This document shows positions 9,541 to 17,060 of a stretch of DNA of 42,028 nt, in pieces. Position 1 is the stretch's first letter, and every line of letters begins with the position of its first letter. This DNA comes from Eubacteriales bacterium. Lineage in GTDB: Bacteria; Bacillota; Clostridia; Oscillospirales; QAKW01. The notes under the pieces were generated by a model. That model worked only from the letters and a program-made list of their open reading frames with translations, was not told the DNA's origin and ran no database searches. The position numbers were made by a program, and so were the translations under genes. The stretch is from the NCBI GenBank assembly GCA_045545255.1, contig JAZQAQ010000219.1, positions 1-42,028 on the forward strand, given 5' to 3'.

Positions 9541-11100
9541 ATGAAAATGAGATTTATGAAAGTCGGCGCTATTGTGATGATTATGGTTGTCTTGGCTTCC
9601 ATGCTTGCAATGCCCTCCTCTGCGTATATCGCTTATAATACCTACAATTTTAATTATTATGGTGAAGCGGTTGAAACACCTTCCGGCTATACTCCCGAGA
9701 AGGTTTACTACGGTGACGATTTAGGGGTCGGAGCTATTACTAACGCTGTTGACCTTTATGTCAGCCCCCAGAATGAGATCTATATTCTGGATTATTTCGG
9801 AAGTGAAAACACCGCGCGTTTGCATATTTTCGATTCCAATTTTAAGCATATTAAAACGATTTCTACTCTTACTGCAAACGGCAAGCCTTACTTAATGAAG
9901 TTGCCCGAGAGTCTCGTGGTCGATAAATATGGTTATATTTATATCTGCGATACCGGTAACCGCCAGATTTTAAAACTGGATAAAGATAAGAGCGGTAAGA
10001 TCGTGCAGACTGTCGGCGCACCCAATTCTGATCTGTTCAGCGGTGATTTCAAGCCCTCCAAGATTGCAATTGCAAAGAATATGTCCCTTTACGTAATCTG
10101 TACCGGTGCTTTGGACGGTATTATGGAGTTTGACTCCAAGGGTACCTTCCTCCGTTACTTCGGTGCTCCTGATGTGCAGATGTCCGTAACCGATATGGTT
10201 ATTTTGGCTTGGCGTCGTATTTACCGTTCCATCCTCGGAAGCGATGCGGATATGGCGTTCGCCACCTTTGTACCTACCGAGTTTGAAAACTTGGTCGTTG
10301 ATGATTTCGGTTTTGTTTATTCTGTAATTGCTGCAGCCGAGGATAAGAATACCGGGCAGCTGATGAAGATGAACTTCCTTGGCAACAATATCCTGGATCC
10401 TCTTGCCAAGAGTACCAAGAAGGTCAACGATACTCTTTCTGAAACCTATGGCGACCTTCTCCGTCGCGGTACAAAGTCTGAGGGTAATATCTTTACTGAT
10501 GTTGCGGTTGACCAAGATGGTTTTATTACTATGCTGGACTCTAACCTTTGCAAGATCTTTGAGTACGATACCGAAGGTAATCTTACCTTTATCTATGGCG
10601 GTGCCGGTAAGCAGCAGGGTTTCCTTTCTCAGCCTGTTGGTATGGCAAAGCTTGGTAAAAAGACCTTGATTCTGGATGCCAACTTTGGCTCTTTGACCGT
10701 CTATGATCTGACCAAGCACGGCCGCACTCTTCATGATGGCATCTTGCTTTATGATCAGGGACTTTATACCGATGCTGAAAAGTATTGGGATGAAATCCTC
10801 AAGCAGAATGCAAACTGTGAGCTTGCTCATATCGGTCTCGGTAAGGTTTATTATCAGTTCGGTCGCTACGCTGAAGCGTTGCATCACTTCAAGATTGCAA
10901 ACGACCGTATGAACTATCAGGATGCTTATGCACTGTATAGAGAATCCCTCATCGCCGATTATTTTGACTTGATTATGACCGCACTGGTTGTTCTGGTTAT
11001 TTTGGCGTTTGTATGGCGTTTCTTTGGAAAGAGAATTATTGAAATGATTAAAAATAGAAAGCAGGGAGGTGGAGACGATGATGCAGAATTTATGGAGTAA
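9541..11100 (+). CDS. Exported six-bladed NHL-like beta-propeller + TPR protein with a C-terminal TM anchor
   Basis: The start was moved to ATG 9541, 9 nt after AAGGAGG. The signal peptide ends ...PSSA/Y. About six repeats of the type LVVDKYGYIYICDTGNRQILKLD or VAVDQDGFITMLDSNLCKIFEYD are visible. A TPR-like segment (AEKYWDEILKQNANCELAHIGLGKVYYQFGRYAEALHHF) is followed by the TM helix MTALVVLVILAFVWRFF and an acidic tail. Confidence 0.7.
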   Translation: MKMRFMKVGAIVMIMVVLASMLAMPSSAYIAYNTYNFNYYGEAVETPSGYTPEKVYYGDDLGVGAITNAVDLYVSPQNEIYILDYFGSENTARLHIFDSNFKHIKTISTLTANGKPYLMKLPESLVVDKYGYIYICDTGNRQILKLDKDKSGKIVQTVGAPNSDLFSGDFKPSKIAIAKNMSLYVICTGALDGIMEFDSKGTFLRYFGAPDVQMSVTDMVILAWRRIYRSILGSDADMAFATFVPTEFENLVVDDFGFVYSVIAAAEDKNTGQLMKMNFLGNNILDPLAKSTKKVNDTLSETYGDLLRRGTKSEGNIFTDVAVDQDGFITMLDSNLCKIFEYDTEGNLTFIYGGAGKQQGFLSQPVGMAKLGKKTLILDANFGSLTVYDLTKHGRTLHDGILLYDQGLYTDAEKYWDEILKQNANCELAHIGLGKVYYQFGRYAEALHHFKIANDRMNYQDAYALYRESLIADYFDLIMTALVVLVILAFVWRFFGKRIIEMIKNRKQGGGDDDAEFME

Positions 11101-11758
11101 GATTTATCTTTTTATTCAAACATTCAGTGAACGGATGCTTGCAGGTAAAAAGAATCCTTTCCTGATGCTGAACCATCCGGTTGAGACGATGGAAGATCTG
11201 AAGTTTAAGAAGAATGGCTCTACTATTTATGCCACATTGCTCCTTCTTGCTTATTCTGTATCTGCAATTATTCAAGAGGTTGCAACCGGATTTATCTATA
11301 GTACCTTGCGCATCAAGGATTTCAACATCCTGACCGTGTTATGTACTTCCGGTTTGATGGTCTTGCTGTTCGTTGTGGCAAACTGGGCACTGTGCACCTT
11401 GCTTAACGGTGAGGGCCGTCTGGTAGATATCTACATTATGACCTGCTACAATCTGACTCCGCTGATCTTCTACAACCTGTTCAGTACCGCATTATCCAGA
11501 GTTTTGATCTCCAGTGAATTTGCCTTTGTATCTATCGTCGGTGTATGCTGCACGATTTGGTTCGTGGCTTTGATGTTCTACGGAGCGATGACGATCCATA
11601 ACTATTCATTCTGGGGAACTTTACTGAATTTGATTGCCTCCCTTGTGGCAATGGCCGTCATTTTCTTCCTCATTTTCTTGTTTGTTGTGTTGATTCAGCA
11701 GTTGTATGTGTTCGTTTTGACGATCTATACGGAATGCCGTATGAGAATTCTATCTTAG
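11078..11758 (+). CDS. Yip1-family polytopic membrane protein
   Basis: ATG 11078 lies 8 nt after GGGAGG and overlaps the upstream gene by 23 nt. About 5 TM helices follow a ~45-aa cytoplasmic head (NHPVETMEDLKF...), the pattern of bacterial Yip1-domain proteins. Confidence 0.65.
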   Translation: MMQNLWSKIYLFIQTFSERMLAGKKNPFLMLNHPVETMEDLKFKKNGSTIYATLLLLAYSVSAIIQEVATGFIYSTLRIKDFNILTVLCTSGLMVLLFVVANWALCTLLNGEGRLVDIYIMTCYNLTPLIFYNLFSTALSRVLISSEFAFVSIVGVCCTIWFVALMFYGAMTIHNYSFWGTLLNLIASLVAMAVIFFLIFLFVVLIQQLYVFVLTIYTECRMRILS

Positions 11759-11776
11759 GAAAGGGGAGAGGTTACA

Positions 11777-14002
11777 ATGAAAAAGACAATTTCTATCTTG
11801 TTATCGTTGGTGCTGCTCCTTTCCTGCATCTCTACGATTACATTTACTTCATCTGCTGCACCGGCGAAATTAGATGTTCCCGGCAATTATCAGCTGGTGA
11901 ACGAAAATAAGAATCTGGCACTGTATATTGATAGTACTGCAGGTACTTTCGGTGTAATGAACCAGAAAACCGGTACCGTCTGGTATTCCAACCCCTTGAA
12001 TTGGCAGGATGATAAGATCGCCCAAGGCGAAAGCTATGACGAGCTTACCAGTAAGATCGCGGTTACCTATCTGACTGAGACCTATAAATCTTATACGGTC
12101 ACCTCTAACGTTGCCTCGACCATCACCGAGCGTCAGGGCAAGGATTGGATTATGACCTTCTATTTCAAGGGCGAGAATCGCGATTTCACCATTCCTGTCA
12201 GACTTTCTCTGAAAGAAGAGTATCTTCATATTGAGTTGATGATTGATCGTATCAGAGAGTTTGGTGATACGCGTGTTCTTTCCGTTAAGATGTTCCAGTT
12301 CTTTGGCGCAGCCGGCTTGAATGATAAGGGCTATGGTCTGATTCCCGATGGCACCGGCTCCTTGATGGAGTTTAACCGCGGTGTTCTGAACTCTTATGAG
12401 TTTGGTCTTGAGGGGGAGGGTCAGTTCTATGCTCCGAACCCCACTGAGGTTGCTACCTCTAACTATTTCACCAACTGGAATGAGCCTCTTCGTCTGCCTG
12501 TATACGGTATGGTGAAGAATGGCGAGGCATATCTCAGCGTGATCGAGAGCGGTGAATCAGTTTCTGACTTGCACGCATATATCAGTAAATATAAGAACAG
12601 CTACAATACGATGTTCCCCGTTGTTCACGTTCGTGATACTCAGAGCCGTCGTAGCTCTACCGGTAAGGCAGGTAGTGGTTCTTACTATACCGATTCTTTG
12701 CCGGAGAACTACATTGCAAGATATTATCTCTTGGATGGCGAAAAAGCGAACTACATCGGTATGGCTGAAAAGTACAGAGATATTTTGATCAAAGAGAACG
12801 GTATGAAGGAAGTAAAGGATACCATTTCCAACACTCTCGCCGTTACTCTTTACGGTGCTGTAAAGAAATCTAAGCATTTCCTTGGAATTCCTTATACCGG
12901 TCAGGATCCTTTGACTTCCTATAAAGAGGCGGAAGAACTGATCGATCGTATGAACACCGATAAGATCGAAAAAGCGTATATCAACTATCTTGGTTGGGCA
13001 GCCGGCGGTCTTGAGACCACGATGACCACCGATGTTAATCCGAACTCCAAACTTGGCGGTAAAAAAGCTCTCAAGAGTTTGATTGCTAAGGCAAACGGCA
13101 TTGAAGATTATCATCTTTCCTTTGATCTTGATCTTCAGGCATTCTATAGCGGAAATTCCGATGTCAAAAAGTTTGAGAATACTGCTTATGGTTTGGATTC
13201 TTCTCCTGTAGCGATTTATAAGGCAAGAATTTATGCGGCAGGCGCAAGATCTACCGGTAACATTCTGAATCAGCTGATCCATCCCAATCATATGCTCGGC
13301 TATGCGAAGTCCTTTGTGAAGAATGCATCTGCTTGGGGAATTAAGAACTTCTCCTTTAATTCCATCGGTGATACCGTTTATTGTGCATACAACCTGAAGG
13401 ACGTAAGTACCCGCGATATGACCACTGCAACGATGGTTGAAATCTTCAAGAACGCTTCTGAAGCAGTCGGCGAGAACGGTATTGTAAATACCCTTGGCGG
13501 TAACGGTTATGCAATCTCCTATGTTGACAATATTTTGGAGGCACCCGTTTATGGTAGCCACAATAATATTGCTCTGCAGGAAGTTCCTTTCTATCAGATT
13601 GTTTTCCGTGGCTATGTCAATCTGGCAAGCACTCCGGTCAATCTGAATTCTGAGCAGGATGACTTGATCCTGAAACTGGCTGAAACCGGTATGAGTTTGT
13701 ATTATCTCTTGATGGATGCAGAATCTACCTCCTTCCAGGATACCAAGTTTACTGCTTCTTATGCTTGTGAGCTGGATGATCATTATGATGAAATGATCGC
13801 AAATTATAAGCGTATGAAGGTGGTTTATGATGCGGTCGGTTCCAGCAAGATCACCAATTATGAGATCGTCTCTGAAGATGTGAAGATCACTACCTTCAGC
13901 AACGGCGCAAAGGTCTATGTGAACTACGACACTGAGGAAGTTACCGTTAACGGTGTTAAGATCGGCGCTAAAGACTTTAAAGTGGTAGGGGGTGCTAACT
14001 AA
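11777..14002 (+). CDS. Exported 741-aa protein, DUF5696-like (function unknown); possible lipoprotein
   Basis: SD GGGGAGAGG lies upstream. The N-terminus MKKTISILLSLVLLLSC... has a lipobox-like LLSC, and an alternative SPase I site SSA/AP is also present. No catalytic motif was recognised. The DUF5696 family assignment is from memory of similar loci and is unverified. Confidence 0.6.
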   Translation: MKKTISILLSLVLLLSCISTITFTSSAAPAKLDVPGNYQLVNENKNLALYIDSTAGTFGVMNQKTGTVWYSNPLNWQDDKIAQGESYDELTSKIAVTYLTETYKSYTVTSNVASTITERQGKDWIMTFYFKGENRDFTIPVRLSLKEEYLHIELMIDRIREFGDTRVLSVKMFQFFGAAGLNDKGYGLIPDGTGSLMEFNRGVLNSYEFGLEGEGQFYAPNPTEVATSNYFTNWNEPLRLPVYGMVKNGEAYLSVIESGESVSDLHAYISKYKNSYNTMFPVVHVRDTQSRRSSTGKAGSGSYYTDSLPENYIARYYLLDGEKANYIGMAEKYRDILIKENGMKEVKDTISNTLAVTLYGAVKKSKHFLGIPYTGQDPLTSYKEAEELIDRMNTDKIEKAYINYLGWAAGGLETTMTTDVNPNSKLGGKKALKSLIAKANGIEDYHLSFDLDLQAFYSGNSDVKKFENTAYGLDSSPVAIYKARIYAAGARSTGNILNQLIHPNHMLGYAKSFVKNASAWGIKNFSFNSIGDTVYCAYNLKDVSTRDMTTATMVEIFKNASEAVGENGIVNTLGGNGYAISYVDNILEAPVYGSHNNIALQEVPFYQIVFRGYVNLASTPVNLNSEQDDLILKLAETGMSLYYLLMDAESTSFQDTKFTASYACELDDHYDEMIANYKRMKVVYDAVGSSKITNYEIVSEDVKITTFSNGAKVYVNYDTEEVTVNGVKIGAKDFKVVGGAN

Positions 14003-15426
14003 TGAGCAATCAAAACGAAGAATTGAAAAATGAAGCTTTGGAAGCTCAGGTTGAAGCAAACGATGTCCCCGAGACGGTTGAGGCTGAAGCTCCGGTAGAG
14101 CGTGACAACAAGGAAATTGCTGCTACTCTCACCAAGCAGAATCCCAAACGTGCCCAGGAAATTGCCAAGGAACGTCTTGCGAAGATGTCTCCCGAGCAAA
14201 TTGCGGCACTGCGCGCAGCAAAGGCAGCAAAGATCGAGGCTGAAAAAGCCGCAAAACTTGCGGCCGAAGAGGAAGCTGAGAAAAAGCGTCTCGAGGAGAT
14301 TGAGAAGAAGCAGCTCTCCGACGAGCAAAAAGCAATGATCGTTGATCAGCTTTCTCAGCTGACTCCCGAGCAGTTAGAGGCGGTAAAGCAAAATCGTGCC
14401 GCCAAAAAAGAAAGAGATCAGCGTCTGGCTGAGATCGAAGCTAAAAAAGAGGTTAAGGCAAGCTTAGCAGCTGATACGGCTGCTCCGAAAGCGGAGAAGA
14501 AGGAAGCTAAGAAAGCTAAAAAAGCCACCAAAAAGAATAGACGCGGTATTTCTTATGAATCCAAGCAAGCGTTTACAGGCTTTATGTTTGTACTGCCTTG
14601 GTTTATCGGATTTCTGCTGTTCTTTGCGGCACCCTGCTTCCAGTCCTTGAAATTTGCTTTTTCCAAGGTTGCTGTATTTGAAAATTATAAGTGCACCTGG
14701 TATGGTATCGGTAACTTTAAGGATATTTTGACCAGTGGTGCAACTTATCTGCAGGCATTGCTCGATACTCTGACAGATCTGGCAGTCAATGTGCCGGTTA
14801 TCCTGATCTTCAGCTTGTTCGTCGCTGTTCTGCTGAACCGCAAGTTTGCAGGTCGCGGTCTTGTGCGTGCGATCTTCTTCCTGCCGGTTATCGTTACCAC
14901 CGGTGTCGTTATGAGTACCTTTAACTCCTCCGGCGATGCCAGTGATGTTATGGAAGGCGATGTCGGTAACGGCGTTCTGTTCCAGGTAACCAATGCATCC
15001 AGCTTTTTGGCTGAACTTGGTCTGAATGAAAATTTGACCAATTATATGTCTATGGTCGCTGATCGAATCTTCGACGTAGTATGGGATTCCGGTATCCAGA
15101 TCCTTCTCTTCCTTGCTGCGTTGCAGGGTATTTCTCCCTCGCTGTATGAGGCGAGTGATGTTGAAGGTGCAACCGCTTGGGAAACCTTCTGGTTGATTAC
15201 TTTCCCGAATGTGGCGCCTATCATCTTGGTTAACATCGTTTATACCATCGTTGATACCTTCAGCGATACGGATAACGAGGTCTTGATCGAGATCGATAAG
15301 TATCTTACCAGTACCTTTAACTTTGGTGCTGCATCGGCTGCATCTTGGACATTCTTTATCGTTATTTTGTTGCTTATCGGTATTATTTTCGGTCTGTTTA
15401 AACTGATCGGAAAAGGAAATGATTGA
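14002..15426 (+). CDS. Carbohydrate ABC transporter permease (MalF-like) with a ~180-aa Lys/Glu/Ala-rich N-terminal extension
   Basis: The ATG overlaps the upstream stop (TAATG), and the SD GGGGG (13988-13992) lies 9 nt upstream. Residues 1-182 are low-complexity and charged. From FTGFMFVLPWFIGFLLFF onward it is a typical 6-TM CUT1 permease with the EAA-loop YEASDVEGATAWETFWLITFP. Confidence 0.85.
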   Translation: MSNQNEELKNEALEAQVEANDVPETVEAEAPVERDNKEIAATLTKQNPKRAQEIAKERLAKMSPEQIAALRAAKAAKIEAEKAAKLAAEEEAEKKRLEEIEKKQLSDEQKAMIVDQLSQLTPEQLEAVKQNRAAKKERDQRLAEIEAKKEVKASLAADTAAPKAEKKEAKKAKKATKKNRRGISYESKQAFTGFMFVLPWFIGFLLFFAAPCFQSLKFAFSKVAVFENYKCTWYGIGNFKDILTSGATYLQALLDTLTDLAVNVPVILIFSLFVAVLLNRKFAGRGLVRAIFFLPVIVTTGVVMSTFNSSGDASDVMEGDVGNGVLFQVTNASSFLAELGLNENLTNYMSMVADRIFDVVWDSGIQILLFLAALQGISPSLYEASDVEGATAWETFWLITFPNVAPIILVNIVYTIVDTFSDTDNEVLIEIDKYLTSTFNFGAASAASWTFFIVILLLIGIIFGLFKLIGKGND

Positions 15427-15443
15427 GAAAGGGGGTAAAAAAT

Positions 15444-16448
15444 ATGCGTATTATTAAAGCGTTCAAACATCAGTTTGGTGAAAACAGCAAGAAAGCTGAT
15501 AAGAGAATGTGGGGCTATTTATTGTCCAAGTTTGTGGCAAATACAGCCATTGCATTGATTTTGATCGGTCTTTCGTACATTATTTTGTACCCCTTGATCT
15601 TCAGTATTTCTCAGGCGATCCGTACGCAGGCGGATATGTATGATACGACTATCATCTATATCCCGAAGCATTTTACTCTTGAGAACTTTTTCGCTGCTTG
15701 GGAGGTCCTTGATTTCCCCACAGCGCTGAAGAATACTTTCAACATTTCTATCTGGCCCACACTTTTGCAGGTCTGTACCTGTGCGTTGACCGGCTATGGT
15801 TTTGCTCGGTTTAAATTCCGCGGGAAGAACATCTTGTTCTTGCTGGTGTTGCTGACGATCATCGTACCGCCCTCCACCATTATGATCCCGCTGTATACCA
15901 GCTTCCGTATGTTTGACCCTCTCTACATTGCAACTGCAATGCACGCATTTGGTTGGATCAGCGAGCCTTATCTGACTCTGACTGACTCCCTCTGGAGTTT
16001 CATCCTGCCCGCACTGTTTGCGGCCGGTTTGAAGAGCGGCTTGTTTGTATTCGTTTACCGTCAGTTCTTTAGCGGTTTCCCCAAGGAGTTGGAAGAGGCT
16101 GCTTATATCGACGGTTGTGGCGCAATGAAGACCTTCCTTCGAATCTTGGTTCCCAATGCGGCACCTGCATTTGTAACGGTATTCCTGTTCTGTATCGTTT
16201 GGTACTGGAATGACTATTATACTGTTCCGATGTTCCTGCCGAATATGGATACCCTGCCGAATGCTTTGGGTAACATGCATAGCAATATGACCGGTGACTA
16301 CGGCGGGTATAAGGGTGCTGACGCTATTTCCCTTTATCCGATCCTCCGTGCTGGTATTATTCTGTATATTTCTCCGCTGTTGATTACCTTTATCATCCTG
16401 CAGAAGAAGTTTACGGAGTCTATCGCTCGAAGCGGTATTGTTGGTTAA
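15444..16448 (+). CDS. Carbohydrate ABC transporter permease (MalG-like)
   Basis: The start was moved to ATG 15444, after the SD AAGGGGG. 334 aa, 6 TM, EAA-loop LEEAAYIDGCGAMKTFLRILVP. Confidence 0.85.
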   Translation: MRIIKAFKHQFGENSKKADKRMWGYLLSKFVANTAIALILIGLSYIILYPLIFSISQAIRTQADMYDTTIIYIPKHFTLENFFAAWEVLDFPTALKNTFNISIWPTLLQVCTCALTGYGFARFKFRGKNILFLLVLLTIIVPPSTIMIPLYTSFRMFDPLYIATAMHAFGWISEPYLTLTDSLWSFILPALFAAGLKSGLFVFVYRQFFSGFPKELEEAAYIDGCGAMKTFLRILVPNAAPAFVTVFLFCIVWYWNDYYTVPMFLPNMDTLPNALGNMHSNMTGDYGGYKGADAISLYPILRAGIILYISPLLITFIILQKKFTESIARSGIVG

Positions 16449-16451
16449 TAG

Positions 16452-16486
16452 AAAAAAGAGAGAGACAACGTCTCTCTCTTTTTTTG
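16452..16486 (+). terminator. Intrinsic terminator ending the 12 kb locus
   Basis: Perfect 10-bp stem AGAGAGAGAC (16457-16466), loop AAC, GTCTCTCTCT (16470-16479), then T7. Confidence 0.85.
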
Positions 16487-16517
16487 TTGAAGGGAATGTG
16501 CTGCGAGATGGATAATA

Positions 16518-16546
16518 TTGACTTTATATCGGATTTGTGATATAAT
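16518..16546 (+). promoter_or_regulatory. Near-consensus sigma-A promoter of the MarR operon
   Basis: TTGACT (16518-16523), 17 nt spacer, TGaTATAAT (16538-16546). Confidence 0.65.
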
Positions 16547-16550
16547 TCTT

Positions 16551-16570
16551 CTTGTTGAGTATTCAACAAG
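16551..16570 (+). promoter_or_regulatory. Perfect 8-4-8 palindrome, candidate MarR operator
   Basis: CTTGTTGA GTAT TCAACAAG starts 5 nt downstream of the -10 hexamer and therefore overlaps the expected transcription start. Confidence 0.5.
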
Positions 16571-16587
16571 TTTTGACGGAGGTGTTT

Positions 16588-17040
16588 ATGAAGGAGCGAT
16601 TTGAGACTTTTACGGTTCTCATTAACCGTATCAATCGTAATATTCGTAAAATCAAAAATCAGGAAATGGCAGAATATAATTTGAGAAGTGCCCATATTTC
16701 TTGTCTTTATTATTTATACTCTGCCGATGGAATGACCGCAACCGATCTTTGCGAGCGATGCGAAGAGGATAAGGCTACAATATCTCGCGCTTTGGATTTT
16801 CTTGAAGAAAATGGATATTTAACTTGTGAATCCCAAAGTGCCAAGCGGTATAAAAGTCCACTCTTGCTTACCGAAAAAGGTTATATGGTCAGCGCAAAGA
16901 TAGCCGAAAAGATCAGAGGTGTTCTTGATAAGATCGGCGTCGGTCTGACTGAGGAGGAAAGGGTGGCGTTTTATCGCAGTCTTTCCATTATAAGCAGCAG
17001 TCTTGAGCAATGTGTGAATAGTAATAAGAAAACAGTATAA
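16588..17040 (+). CDS. MarR-family transcriptional regulator
   Basis: The start was moved to ATG 16588, after the SD GGAGGTG. 150 aa with a winged-HTH pattern (MTATDLCERCEEDKATISRALDFLEENGYL...KRYKSPLLLTEKG). Confidence 0.85.
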   Translation: MKERFETFTVLINRINRNIRKIKNQEMAEYNLRSAHISCLYYLYSADGMTATDLCERCEEDKATISRALDFLEENGYLTCESQSAKRYKSPLLLTEKGYMVSAKIAEKIRGVLDKIGVGLTEEERVAFYRSLSIISSSLEQCVNSNKKTV

Positions 17041-17060
17041 AACGGAAAGGAATAGTTTTT

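Noticed and set aside
7723-9602. Two 306-aa minus-strand ORFs opposite the first permease pair
   Set aside because: They are antisense shadows of genes with clear ABC permease motifs. The translations are hydrophilic nonsense rich in Arg, Gln and His.
12557-14059. 500-aa minus-strand ORF opposite the DUF5696-like gene (and 9970-10887 opposite the NHL gene)
   Set aside because: There are no start signals. The sense-strand genes have an SD, a signal peptide and operon context, so this is an antisense shadow.
13999-14338. Cluster of short ORFs in three other frames (13999-14328 minus, 14129-14335 minus, 14102-14338 plus)
   Set aside because: All fall in the GAA/AAG/GCx-rich DNA that encodes the Lys/Glu/Ala extension of the permease. 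Low-complexity sequence stays open in several frames, and none has translation signals.
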